A stretch of 64,000 nt of DNA from Candidatus Sulfobium sp. (lineage in GTDB: Bacteria; Nitrospirota; Thermodesulfovibrionia; Thermodesulfovibrionales; UBA6898): positions 1-64,000 of the forward strand of contig JARRRI010000003.1 of assembly GCA_037380845.1 (NCBI GenBank), read 5' to 3'. Under the pieces are notes generated by a model, which ran no database searches, was not told where the DNA came from, and saw only the letters and a program-made list of their open reading frames with translations. Positions 28,808-38,619 of this stretch are shown one piece after another. How positions within the stretch are numbered: the first letter of the stretch is position 1; every line of letters starts with the position of its first letter. The position numbers and the translations under genes were made by a program.

Positions 28808-31256
28808 GGCCCTCCTGTCCGCCGGTCAGCGCCGGAACGTTAAATGTCAGCATCTTACCCAGACGACCGAAGGCGTCCGTCCATGCGGCTGCGTCGGCAT
28901 TGCCGGAAGCGGCCTCTTCCGCTATCTTCCGGTAACAGCACTCCGCTATCTTATAAAAAATATTCTGCGTCTCCCACAGGTTCAGTTCCAGCGGCAGAGA
29001 CCCCAGCAGTTCCACAAGATCCAGGACATGCTCCAGCCGCGCGGTATCGTAAGCGTTCTCGTAAAGGTCTTGCATCATCCTCTCCATGCTCTGTCTGGCC
29101 GCAAACTCCAGGCCCACCGTTTCCAGCGTCACATCCCATCTTTCGATATCGCCTACGATCTCCCGTATCTTCTCGACGTCGGGATGGGCCTCAGTCAGTG
29201 CCTTCCTGATGTCGAGGTTAAGGGTAAACTCAGCCGCAGTATAGAAGGCCCGCGGGATGGGCACTTCCGTCTCCTTCAGAAAACCCATGAGAATCCGGCT
29301 GTTCCCGTACATGCGCCTGTAAGAGTCTTCGAACTCCTCGAGAGTCGACTGTATCACGGTCTCCAGTATCTTCCTCTGTTCGTCCCTGAAGAGGTCCTTG
29401 AGGGAATAGTTGTGCATGCCGAAATGTGTGTCCATCAGTCTCACAATATCCAGAAAATCCCCGCTTTCGAAAGCCCCGAGGATCTCTTCCTTCATGGTCA
29501 GGTAATGGTCTTCCCCCTGAAACTCCCTCGCCCCGCAATATATCGCATGTCCCCCCAGATGAAATACGCAGAAGCTCAGGACTTCCTCTTCCCGGGTAAT
29601 GAGGGACGAGACGGCGATCTTTCCCACAGCGACCTTCATTTTGCCCGCCTCCCGCCTCTGGTACTCCTCCCGGTTCACTTCATAGCTGTAGATGCCGGTC
29701 TTTTCCGGATAATCTTCAAACAGTGAACTGACGGCGTAGTGGACCCCCACCTTGGCAAGGTTTATCATGACGGGCTTGACGGTATTCACGTAAATCTGCA
29801 AGCCGTCTTTTGCCTCGGCGACATTGCTTTTTGCCGCCGACAGCCTTTCCAGAAATCCCTGCTCCAGTTCCAATCCTAAAAGCTCCTCCGCCAGCTGGAT
29901 CGCACGGGCCGCATACTGCATCACCTGGACGGTCTCTATACCCGAGATGTCGTCGAAAAACCACCCGCAGCTCGTGTACATCAGCAATGCGTGCCTCTGG
30001 CTCTCCAGTAGTTTGAGGACCGACGTCTTCTCGCCTGTACCGAGGTCCCTGAGTGCATTCCTGTCGAGAAAAGTATCGACACTTTCCTCCGAGCGGTCCA
30101 GGATAACATCGATGTATTCGTCTCTCGCCCTCCATGGGTCTCCGAGATATTGGGCAGCCTTCAGTTGGTAAGCAGGCCTCATAGTGTCCCTCAGCCAGTC
30201 CAGGGCCTCGCGAAGGGGCTTCCGCCACCGCTGGTTCCAGCCGGGATGCCCGCCCGTGCTGCAGCCGCAGTCCCCCCTCCAGCGTTCTATGCCGTGATAA
30301 CAGCTCCAGGAGGTATTTTCGAGTATCTCGACTTCGTAGACGGCAGGGTATCTGGAAAGGTATTCGCCGTAATTCGTGAGACCGGCGTGAACCTTCCTTT
30401 CGATGTAGCCCAGAGCGTTGGCGAGGGCCATATCGCCGAACCTGTGGTGATGCCCATAAGTCTCACCGTCCGTAGCTATGTTCAGAAGCTGCGGCCACTG
30501 CCGGGCGTCGGAAAGACCCGAGACAAGCCTGCCGGCAAAGTCCTCTCCCCTGTTGAGGAGTTTCTCGAAGGCCACGGCCTGGGATATCGGCCCGTCATAG
30601 AAAAAGACGGAGATCCGCCTGCCTGTGGGCAATATGCAGAGGTAAGCCCGGGTGGGGTCTATGCGCGAGCCTCTCATGTCCTGCCATCTGTCGGTGCCGA
30701 TCTTCCTGATGCGGGCCGCCTGTCTGGGCGCCAGAATGGTATACTTTACGCCCTGTGCGGCCAGGATGTCGAGTGTTTCGAGGTCGACCGCCGTTTCAGG
30801 AAGCCACATGCCCTCGGGAAAGCGGCCGAACCGGTGTTCGAAATCCCTTACGCCCCAGAGGACCTGCGTCAGCTTGTCGCGACTGTCTGCGAGGGGCATT
30901 ATGAGGTGATTGTAACATTGGGCGATTGCGTTGCCGTGCCCCGAACGCCATGCCGCTCCCTGTCTGTCAGAGTCAAGGATTGCCCGATATAACTCGGGAG
31001 CGCCGGTCTCCAACCAGGAGAGAAGTGTGGGACCGAAATTGAAGCTGATCCTTGCGTAATTGCTGACTATGTCCGTTATGCATCCCTTGCCGTCCAGTAT
31101 CCTGGATGCGGAGTTGGCGGCGTAACACTCCGCGGTTATCCTCTCGTTCCAGTCGTGATAGGGGAAGGCGGTGTCCTGTATCTCTATCGCCTCCAGCCAG
31201 GGGTTTTCCCTCGGCGGCTGATAAAAGTGCCCGTGGATGCAGATATACTTATCCAT
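28797..31256 (-). CDS. GH57-family glycoside hydrolase with DUF3536
   Basis: IHGHFYQPPRENPW, GMWLPETAV, ATDGETYGHH, SWSC.HG.ERW, MYTSCGWFFD. Confidence 0.9.
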   Translation of the reverse strand: MDKYICIHGHFYQPPRENPWLEAIEIQDTAFPYHDWNERITAECYAANSASRILDGKGCITDIVSNYARISFNFGPTLLSWLETGAPELYRAILDSDRQGAAWRSGHGNAIAQCYNHLIMPLADSRDKLTQVLWGVRDFEHRFGRFPEGMWLPETAVDLETLDILAAQGVKYTILAPRQAARIRKIGTDRWQDMRGSRIDPTRAYLCILPTGRRISVFFYDGPISQAVAFEKLLNRGEDFAGRLVSGLSDARQWPQLLNIATDGETYGHHHRFGDMALANALGYIERKVHAGLTNYGEYLSRYPAVYEVEILENTSWSCYHGIERWRGDCGCSTGGHPGWNQRWRKPLREALDWLRDTMRPAYQLKAAQYLGDPWRARDEYIDVILDRSEESVDTFLDRNALRDLGTGEKTSVLKLLESQRHALLMYTSCGWFFDDISGIETVQVMQYAARAIQLAEELLGLELEQGFLERLSAAKSNVAEAKDGLQIYVNTVKPVMINLAKVGVHYAVSSLFEDYPEKTGIYSYEVNREEYQRREAGKMKVAVGKIAVSSLITREEEVLSFCVFHLGGHAIYCGAREFQGEDHYLTMKEEILGAFESGDFLDIVRLMDTHFGMHNYSLKDLFRDEQRKILETVIQSTLEEFEDSYRRMYGNSRILMGFLKETEVPIPRAFYTAAEFTLNLDIRKALTEAHPDVEKIREIVGDIERWDVTLETVGLEFAARQSMERMMQDLYENAYDTARLEHVLDLVELLGSLPLELNLWETQNIFYKIAECCYRKIAEEAASGNADAAAWTDAFGRLGKMLTFNVPALTGGQEGHGR

Positions 31257-33080
31257 CTATGTCCCGCGGTAAGCCGCTACGCTCAACTCCGGCAGGGTCA
31301 GTTTCTGTCCGGGGGAACCCTCTTCGGGCAGGGAAGAACCCGGGCCTTTCCACTCCGGAGCGGAGGAGTCAAGGAGCTTCTTCCATACCCCGGATACCTC
31401 GGGTGCGGTGCAGTCGACAGGCCTGATGTTGAAATTGAACATGACAACCACCTGCTGTCCTTCACGGCTCCCCTTCATCATTACAATCCTGTCCTCCTCG
31501 CCACCCCCCACATCCAGGCCCGTCTTGTCCGGGCTGGAAAGGGCGGGCCACTCCCTCCGCAGCCGTATGAGAGTCCGATAGAACTCCCGGAGTGCACCGT
31601 GGTGTCCCTGTTCTCTCTTCTCCCAGTCTATCTTCGACCTCTGGAAGGTGGCCTCATCCTGCGGATCGGGCGGTTCGCCCTGCCACTCAAACGAGCTGAA
31701 TTCTCTCTTCCTCCCCTCCCGCACCGCCCTGATAAGATCCGGGTCGGAATGGCTTACAAAATAGATGAAAGGCGCGTTTTCGCCGTATTCCTCCCCCATG
31801 AAGAGCAGGGGCACGCAGGGGGAAAGAAGGACGGCGGCCGCGGCGAGCTTGAGAGCGTCGAAGGACACCAGGGCCGAAAGTCTCTCGCCCAGCATCCTGT
31901 TGCCTATCTGGTCGTGGTTCTGGGCAAAGATCACGAACTGGTCCGCGGGTCTGTCCGCCGAGGAGTTGCCCTGCCGCCTCTTTCTGTAAATAGAATACTG
32001 GCCCGAGTAAACGAATCCTTCCCTGTATGCCTTCACCAGGTGGTCGGTCATTCCGAAATCGATGTAATAGCCGGTCTTCTCCCCTGTCAGGAGGGCGTGA
32101 AGCGCATGGTGGAAGTCGTCGTTCCATTGAGCGTCCATTCCGTAGCCGCCCTGCTCCCTGGGGTGGATGACCGTCGAGTCGTTCCTGTCGCTCTCGGCGA
32201 TCAGATGACAGGGCCTGCCCTCTTCGGCGGAATACCCGGCGACGCTCTCTGCGAGCTCTTTCAGAAAGGGGACTGCGCTCATGTCGTAGATGGCGTGGAT
32301 GGCGTCCAGCCTCAGACCATCGACATGAAAATAACTGAACCAGTAAAGGGCATTTTCGATGAAAAAGTTTCTCACTTCGTCGCTGTAGGCGTCGTCGAAA
32401 TTTATGGCCGCCCCCCAGGGGGTGTTGTACTTCTCCGTAAAATAGGGTCCGAAGTCCCTTAGATAATTCCCCTCGGGACCGAGGTGATTGTAGACGACAT
32501 CCAGGACCACTGCCACACCCCGTGAATGGCAGGCGTCCACCAGCCTTTTCAGACCTTCGGGTCCGCCGTAAGATTTCTGCACCGCAAACGGGCAGACGCC
32601 GTCGTATCCCCAGTTCCTGTCTCCGGGGAACTGTGAAACCGGCATGAGTTCGATCGCGTTGATCCCGAGAGAGTGCAGTTCGTCGAGCCTCGGTATGACG
32701 GCATCGAAGGTCCCCTCCGGGGTAAAGGTCCCCACATGGAGTTCGTACAGTATCATCTGTCCTACAGGGATATCAGCCCTTGCGTCGTGCTGCCAGCTAA
32801 ACGAGGCGTGGTCCACCACTTCGGACGGACCGTGCACACCCCTCGGCTGAAAATGAGATGCGGGGTCGGACCTTTCCGTTTCAGCGTCCAGCCGGTAATA
32901 ATATTCTGTGCCGGGCGGAACTTCCGAAGCGGTGACCTCCCAATAGCCCCGGTCATCCTTCTCCATCGGGATGGTCCGGTCCGCCGGGGCCACAATATGC
33001 ACCGAAACATCCCGCAAAAAAGGGGCCCAGACGGCAAACCTGCATCTTTCGTCACCCAGATAATGAGCGCCCACCTGCAT
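31257..33080 (-). CDS. treZ: Malto-oligosyltrehalose trehalohydrolase
   Basis: FAVWAP, YELHVGTFT, WGYDG, DVVYNHLGPEGNY, RLDAIHAI, QNHDQIGNR. Confidence 0.95.
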   Translation of the reverse strand: MQVGAHYLGDERCRFAVWAPFLRDVSVHIVAPADRTIPMEKDDRGYWEVTASEVPPGTEYYYRLDAETERSDPASHFQPRGVHGPSEVVDHASFSWQHDARADIPVGQMILYELHVGTFTPEGTFDAVIPRLDELHSLGINAIELMPVSQFPGDRNWGYDGVCPFAVQKSYGGPEGLKRLVDACHSRGVAVVLDVVYNHLGPEGNYLRDFGPYFTEKYNTPWGAAINFDDAYSDEVRNFFIENALYWFSYFHVDGLRLDAIHAIYDMSAVPFLKELAESVAGYSAEEGRPCHLIAESDRNDSTVIHPREQGGYGMDAQWNDDFHHALHALLTGEKTGYYIDFGMTDHLVKAYREGFVYSGQYSIYRKRRQGNSSADRPADQFVIFAQNHDQIGNRMLGERLSALVSFDALKLAAAAVLLSPCVPLLFMGEEYGENAPFIYFVSHSDPDLIRAVREGRKREFSSFEWQGEPPDPQDEATFQRSKIDWEKREQGHHGALREFYRTLIRLRREWPALSSPDKTGLDVGGGEEDRIVMMKGSREGQQVVVMFNFNIRPVDCTAPEVSGVWKKLLDSSAPEWKGPGSSLPEEGSPGQKLTLPELSVAAYRGT

Positions 33081-33084
33081 GCTG

Positions 33085-35001
33085 CTAGCCCTCCCTCCTG
33101 AAGATGAGAATTCCGAGTGGCGGCAGCGTAAGGGACAGGGAGTAGGGCCTGCCGTGGCAGGGGACCGGCGTGGCCTCCGCACCCCCGAAATTGCCGTGGC
33201 CGCTTCCGCCGTATTCCTTCGAGTCGCTGTTCAGGACCTCTTTCCAGTAACCGTCGGCCGGAACGCCGACATGGTAATTATAACGGGGCACGGGTGTGAA
33301 ATTGCAGACCGCCAGCACGATGTCCTCCGTCGCCCTTCCCTTCCTTATGTAGCTGATGATGCTGTTTTCCTGGTCCGCTATGTCCACCCATTCGAAGCCT
33401 TCGTTCTGGAAATCCAGCTCGTAAAGTGCGGGTTCGCCGCGGTAGAGAATGTTGACATGCTGAAGCCACCGCTGGAGGCCGTGGTGAGGAGGGTACTGGA
33501 GCAGGTGCCATTCGATGCTGGCCTCGTGGGCCCACTCTTTCCACTGGCCTATCTCCCCTCCCATGAAGAGAAGCTTCTTGCCCGGATGGGTAAACATGTA
33601 CCCGAACAGAAGACGGAGATTGGCGAACTTCTGCCAGTCGTCTCCCGGCATCTTGCCCATCAGGGACCCCTTCCCGTAAACCACTTCGTCGTGGGACAGG
33701 GAGAGCATGAAATTTTCGGAAAAGGCGTACCAGAGGCTGAAGGTTAGGAGGTTCTGGTGGTACTTTCTGTGTATGGGGTCCAGTGAAAAATACCTCAGGG
33801 TGTCGTGCATCCATCCCATGTTCCACTTCATACCGAAACCCAGACCTCCGACATGGACCGGCCTGGATACCATGGGCCATTCCGTTGACTCCTCGGCTAT
33901 GGTCTGGACGTCGGGGTGGCTCCGGTAGACCTCCTCGTTCAGCCTCCTCAAAAAATGGATTGCCTCCAGGTTCTCCTTGCCCCCGTACTGGTTCGGTATC
34001 CAGGCGCCGCTCTTGCGTCCGTAGTCCAGATACAGCATCGAGGCCACGGCGTCGATCCTGAGACCGTCGGCGTGATAGACGTCCAGCCAGAACAGGGCGC
34101 TGCTGGTGAGGAAGTTCCGGACCTCGTTGCGTCCGTAGTTGAAGATGTAGCTCTTCCACTCCGGATGGAAGCCCTTGCGGGGGTCCGCGTGCTCATACAG
34201 GTGGGTCCCGTCGAAATATACCAGCCCATGGACGTCGTCGGGGAAATGGGAAGGGACCCAGTCGAGTATGACCCCGATGCCGGCCCGGTGCAGACAGTCG
34301 ACCAGGTACATGAAATCCTGGGGAGTGCCGTATCGCGATGTGGGGGCGAAGTACCCCACTGTCTGATATCCCCAGGACCCGTAGAAGGGGTGTTCCATTA
34401 CCGGCGTGAACTCCACATGCGTAAACCCCATACTTTTGACATATTCGGGCAGATGGACCGCCATCTCACGGTATGTGAGAGACCGGCTTTCTTCCTCGGG
34501 CACCCTCCGCCAGGACCCCGGGTGAAGCTCGTACACCGAGATCGGCGCATTCAGGGAATTAAACTCCCGGCGCTCCTTCATCCATTTCGCATCGCCCCAG
34601 TCGTAGGCCAGATCGCAGACAATGGTCGCGGATTGGGGCGGGACCTGCCACGAAAAACCGAAGGGGTCCCCCTTGTCCACCCGGTAGTTGTTATACCGGG
34701 AAACAATATGATATTTATACGCCGCTCCGGCTCCCGCACCCGCAATGAAACCTTCCCATATGCCCGAGCCGTCCCCGCGGTCCGAAAGCGGGTGGTCCGT
34801 AGAACTCCATCCGTTGAAGTCCCCCATGATCGAGACCCTCTCGGCGTTAGGCGCCCAGACCGCAAAATGGGTGCCGGAAACTCCGCCCTCGACGGTTATG
34901 TGGGCACCCAGCTTTTCATGGAGCCTGAAGTGGCTTCCCTCCCTGAAGAGATAGATATCCTGATCGGTCAAAGGCTGATATCCGCCTGCCTTTTTTAGCA
35001 T
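33085..35001 (-). CDS. glgB: 1,4-alpha-glucan branching enzyme (alternative start 35025)
   Basis: FAVWAPNA, SWGYQ, DWVPSHF, RIDAVASMLY, AEEST, LSHDEVV. Confidence 0.96.
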   Translation of the reverse strand: MLKKAGGYQPLTDQDIYLFREGSHFRLHEKLGAHITVEGGVSGTHFAVWAPNAERVSIMGDFNGWSSTDHPLSDRGDGSGIWEGFIAGAGAGAAYKYHIVSRYNNYRVDKGDPFGFSWQVPPQSATIVCDLAYDWGDAKWMKERREFNSLNAPISVYELHPGSWRRVPEEESRSLTYREMAVHLPEYVKSMGFTHVEFTPVMEHPFYGSWGYQTVGYFAPTSRYGTPQDFMYLVDCLHRAGIGVILDWVPSHFPDDVHGLVYFDGTHLYEHADPRKGFHPEWKSYIFNYGRNEVRNFLTSSALFWLDVYHADGLRIDAVASMLYLDYGRKSGAWIPNQYGGKENLEAIHFLRRLNEEVYRSHPDVQTIAEESTEWPMVSRPVHVGGLGFGMKWNMGWMHDTLRYFSLDPIHRKYHQNLLTFSLWYAFSENFMLSLSHDEVVYGKGSLMGKMPGDDWQKFANLRLLFGYMFTHPGKKLLFMGGEIGQWKEWAHEASIEWHLLQYPPHHGLQRWLQHVNILYRGEPALYELDFQNEGFEWVDIADQENSIISYIRKGRATEDIVLAVCNFTPVPRYNYHVGVPADGYWKEVLNSDSKEYGGSGHGNFGGAEATPVPCHGRPYSLSLTLPPLGILIFRREG

Positions 35002-35111
35002 GCTCCGCCCTCCTCGTTGGGTCATTAGTCACCCTCTTTTCTAGGGGGGTTTGACTGTGTTACCGCCGCCGGCAACCGACTTTGCCGCTGCAGTTCCGGC
35101 ATCCTCCCCCT

Positions 35112-38100
35112 CTACAAACTCTTCAAAATATGCTGTATTCCCCTGACAGGGATGATAACCCATTCCGGCCGGTTATTCAGTTCATACCCTAATTCGTACA
35201 CCGCTTTTTCGAGGAGAAAACAGCGCAGCAGGGTCTCCAGCTGGTCTCTCTCCTTCGGTACAAAGGCGGCACTTTCGACCGCGGCCAGATAGGAAGTCAG
35301 GAAAACGCCGCTCACACAATGGTACCAGATTCTCGCCCACGGTTCCAGTATCGGAATGTCCTCCGGCCGCACCGAAGCGTGCCGGAGCAGAGAGTTGTAA
35401 ACGGCATAGTGGAAGGACCTCACCATTCCGGCCGCGTCCTTGAGGGGGGAGCGCTTGAGCCTCCTTTCGGTCAGGGCGCGTGCGGGCTCTCCCTCGAAGT
35501 CGATAATGACGAAGTCCTTTCCGGTAAAGAGGACCTGCCCCAGATGATAATCCCCGTGATGCCTTGTCTTCATGGCGGAAAATTTCTCCCTCAGGATCTC
35601 CTGGAACCGGCTCATTATGGTCCCCTCCGAGGCCAGGAGCCTTCCGGCCTCGGCGGCAACGTCCTCCGGGAGTCTGCCGACGTTCTTTTCAAGCGTGCGG
35701 AAGACCTTGGCCAGAAGGCTCCGCATCGACTGGTAGGCCGACCTCTGATAGAGCATGGAAAAAGGTTCGGGCTCGAAGGACGGCTCTTCGGGCACCGAAG
35801 CCAGGGCCATATGCATCTCACCGGTCCTCTTTCCCAGGAGGATCGCCGCCTCCAGATACACTGCTCCGATCAGGTCCTGAAGAAGCGCCGGGACATCCTC
35901 ATCATGTATATCCAGCAGGGAAGATGGCAACTCGGGGATTTCGGCTGTCTCAGACTTCCTGGAAAGCACGTGCTCGAAATAGTGGCGCACCGAGTCGAGA
36001 GTATATGTCCAGACGTCGCCCTGATTAGGCACAAATCCCTGAAGCTGGCCGATTACGACCGACTCAAGACCGGTTCTCCTGAATTCGATGAGGCCTGCAA
36101 ACGGCGGAACATTCGGGAACCCCGCCTTCTCGGTGAGGAATTTTATTATCTCCGGGTCGGGGTTGATCCCCTCGTCCAGCTTGCGGTAGAGCTTCAGGAA
36201 AAAGGAGTTTTCATAGAGGATCGAAGTGTTGCTCTGTTCGGCCTTGAGGACATTCGATGTCGTGGGAAACCCCGTCTCTCCGATCAGGCCCCTGAATTTC
36301 CTCCCCGGGTAAGCGAGCAGCTTGCCGGCGATCCCTTTTATCTTACGCCTTTTCGCTATCATGGAAAAGAGGACCTCGCGCAGGGCGGGGTCGTAAACTC
36401 CGTCATACAGCACCCCTTCTTCATCATCGACGGTGAGACGGGCGATTACACCAGGCGGAAATTCCTGCACTACCTGTGCGGCGTCATCCCCGGAGGCGAA
36501 ACTCAGCGGGAGGAGATATACATCGGAGGGTTCGTCGGTATAGGATACCCTGAGCATGACCAGCCGGGGTGAGTCGGGATCCCTGCCGACCGGGATATTC
36601 TCTATGAGACCGACTTTCTGGATCGTTCGTCCCTTTCCCCCGAACCAGCGTGATGCCGCAAAAAAATCGGGAAGTATATCCTCGAACCTGGCCCTGGCCC
36701 TCCCGGTGAGAACAGCCGTCCAGCTCTTCTTTACGCTCATTTCGGGAAAGACACGCTCTTCAGCGGCGACTGCCGTCTCCTCTTCCTTCTGGAAAATGAA
36801 CCAGTAGTAATCGTAGAAACCCAGGGTCAGCACATACGGCGTCTCCTTTATGACAGGGAACCTGTTCTTGCTAAAGACCTCCACAGGGACGCACCCTGCA
36901 TGGGCCGAAAGGTCGAACGTCGCTACCTGGGAAAAACGCGACAGATTGATCACCACCATGATCGTCTCGCCCCTGTAATGGCGGGTAAAGGCCAGGATCT
37001 TGGGATTGTCCGAACTGAGAAAAATGAGGTTGCCGCGGCTAAATGGCTTCAGCCTCTTCCTCATGGCTATCACCCGCTTCATCCACCAGAGAAGCGAGTA
37101 AGGGCTCCGCTCGTAGTTTTCGACATTAACCGCCTCAAAGTGGTATTCCGGATCGATAATTACCGGCAGGAAAAGGCGCTGGGGGTTGGCCTTCGAAAAG
37201 CCGGCATTCCTGTCGGAACTCCACTGCATAGGGGTCCGGACGCCGTTTCTGTCGCCGAGGTAAAAGTTATCTCCCATCCCGATCTCGTCACCGTAATAGA
37301 TGATGGGGGTGCCCGGAAGGGAGAAGAGAAGGATGTTCATGATCTCGATCTTCCTTCGGCTGTTTCCAACGAGAGGCGCCAGCCTCCGGCGGATGCCGAG
37401 GTTTATCCGTGTGCGCGGGTCCCGTGCGTACACCCGGTACATGTAATCGCGCTCCTCGTCGGTGACCATCTCAAGGGTCAGCTCGTCGTGGTTGCGAAGA
37501 AAAAGCGCCCACTGACAGGACTCCGGTATATCCGGCGTCTGGTCCAGTATGTCCATGATCGGGAACCTGTCTTCCATCTGGAGGGCCATGAATATCCTCG
37601 GCATAAGGGGGAAGTGGAATGCCATGTGGCATTCATCGGACTCGCCGAAATATGCCGCGGCGTCCTCGGGCCACTGGTTGGCCTCTCCCAGAAGCATCCT
37701 GCATTTGAATTTCTTCTCCATGTGCTCCCTGAGCCTCTTCAGAAAGTCGTGGGTCTCCGGCAGGTTCTCGCAGTTGGTCCTCTCCCTCTCGAAGAGGTAC
37801 GGGACCGCGTCTATGCGCAGGCCGTCCACTCCTATTCCCATCCAGTTGTCCACCACCTTCATCATCGATCTCTGCACGGCGGGGTTATCGTAATTCAGGT
37901 CCGGCTGGTGGGAATAGAAGCGGTGCCAGAAATATGCCTTCGCAACCGGATCCCAGGCCCAGTTGGAGGTCTCGAAGTCCTTGAATATGATCCTGGCATC
38001 GGGGTACCTCTCGGGGGTCTCACTCCAGACATAATAGTCACGGTGGACCGAACCGGGCTTGGACTTCCTCGCCCGCTGGAACCACGGGTGCTGGTCGGAT

Positions 38101-38438
38101 GTGTGGTTCAGGACGAGCTCCGTGATCACGCGTATCCCTCGTTTGTGGGCCTGCCTCAGGAACTCCTTGAAGTCCCTGAGGTCGCCGTAGTCGGGGTTGA
38201 CGCTGAAATAGTAGGCGATGTCGTAGCCGTCGTCCTTGAGGGGTGAAGGGTAAAACGGCAGGAGCCAGATCGCCGTCACCCCCAGCTCCTCCAGATAGTC
38301 GAGCTTCTCTATAAGCCCCCGGAAGTCCCCTATGCCGTCTCCGTTACTGTCGAAGAAGGACTTTACGTGCAGCTCATAGATCACAGCGTCTTTATACCAG
38401 AGCGGATCGTCCTCGAAGCATTTGTCTTTAGGCGTCAT
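35112..38438 (-). CDS. treS: Trehalose synthase / maltokinase (TreS-Mak/Pep2) fusion
   Basis: WYKDAVIYE, DDGYDI, HQPDLN, FLRNHDELTLE; C-terminal AEQSNTS, HGDYHLGQVL, IDFEGEP, YELNNRP. Confidence 0.95.
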   Translation of the reverse strand: MTPKDKCFEDDPLWYKDAVIYELHVKSFFDSNGDGIGDFRGLIEKLDYLEELGVTAIWLLPFYPSPLKDDGYDIAYYFSVNPDYGDLRDFKEFLRQAHKRGIRVITELVLNHTSDQHPWFQRARKSKPGSVHRDYYVWSETPERYPDARIIFKDFETSNWAWDPVAKAYFWHRFYSHQPDLNYDNPAVQRSMMKVVDNWMGIGVDGLRIDAVPYLFERERTNCENLPETHDFLKRLREHMEKKFKCRMLLGEANQWPEDAAAYFGESDECHMAFHFPLMPRIFMALQMEDRFPIMDILDQTPDIPESCQWALFLRNHDELTLEMVTDEERDYMYRVYARDPRTRINLGIRRRLAPLVGNSRRKIEIMNILLFSLPGTPIIYYGDEIGMGDNFYLGDRNGVRTPMQWSSDRNAGFSKANPQRLFLPVIIDPEYHFEAVNVENYERSPYSLLWWMKRVIAMRKRLKPFSRGNLIFLSSDNPKILAFTRHYRGETIMVVINLSRFSQVATFDLSAHAGCVPVEVFSKNRFPVIKETPYVLTLGFYDYYWFIFQKEEETAVAAEERVFPEMSVKKSWTAVLTGRARARFEDILPDFFAASRWFGGKGRTIQKVGLIENIPVGRDPDSPRLVMLRVSYTDEPSDVYLLPLSFASGDDAAQVVQEFPPGVIARLTVDDEEGVLYDGVYDPALREVLFSMIAKRRKIKGIAGKLLAYPGRKFRGLIGETGFPTTSNVLKAEQSNTSILYENSFFLKLYRKLDEGINPDPEIIKFLTEKAGFPNVPPFAGLIEFRRTGLESVVIGQLQGFVPNQGDVWTYTLDSVRHYFEHVLSRKSETAEIPELPSSLLDIHDEDVPALLQDLIGAVYLEAAILLGKRTGEMHMALASVPEEPSFEPEPFSMLYQRSAYQSMRSLLAKVFRTLEKNVGRLPEDVAAEAGRLLASEGTIMSRFQEILREKFSAMKTRHHGDYHLGQVLFTGKDFVIIDFEGEPARALTERRLKRSPLKDAAGMVRSFHYAVYNSLLRHASVRPEDIPILEPWARIWYHCVSGVFLTSYLAAVESAAFVPKERDQLETLLRCFLLEKAVYELGYELNNRPEWVIIPVRGIQHILKSL

Positions 38439-38499
38439 ATCAGATCTTTCTCCTCAGCGCATGAGGGACTATTCATTGACCCGGAAACGCTTATAGATC

Positions 38500-38571
38500 G
38501 TCATTCCCGAGGTAATAGCCGGAATCCATTCTTCTTAGAGGGACCTGGATACCCGCCTTCGCGGGTATGAC
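38500..38571. repeat. GTCATTCCCG...GGAATCC / GGATACCCGCCTTCGCGGGTATGAC REP-like element
   Basis: Terminal inverted ends GTCAT/ATGAC; hairpin ATACCCGC-CTTC-GCGGGTAT. Confidence 0.75.
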
Positions 38572-38619
38572 GGCAAACGGGTTTACTAACGGACTCCATT
38601 TAAACAAGTCTCTCTCCTC

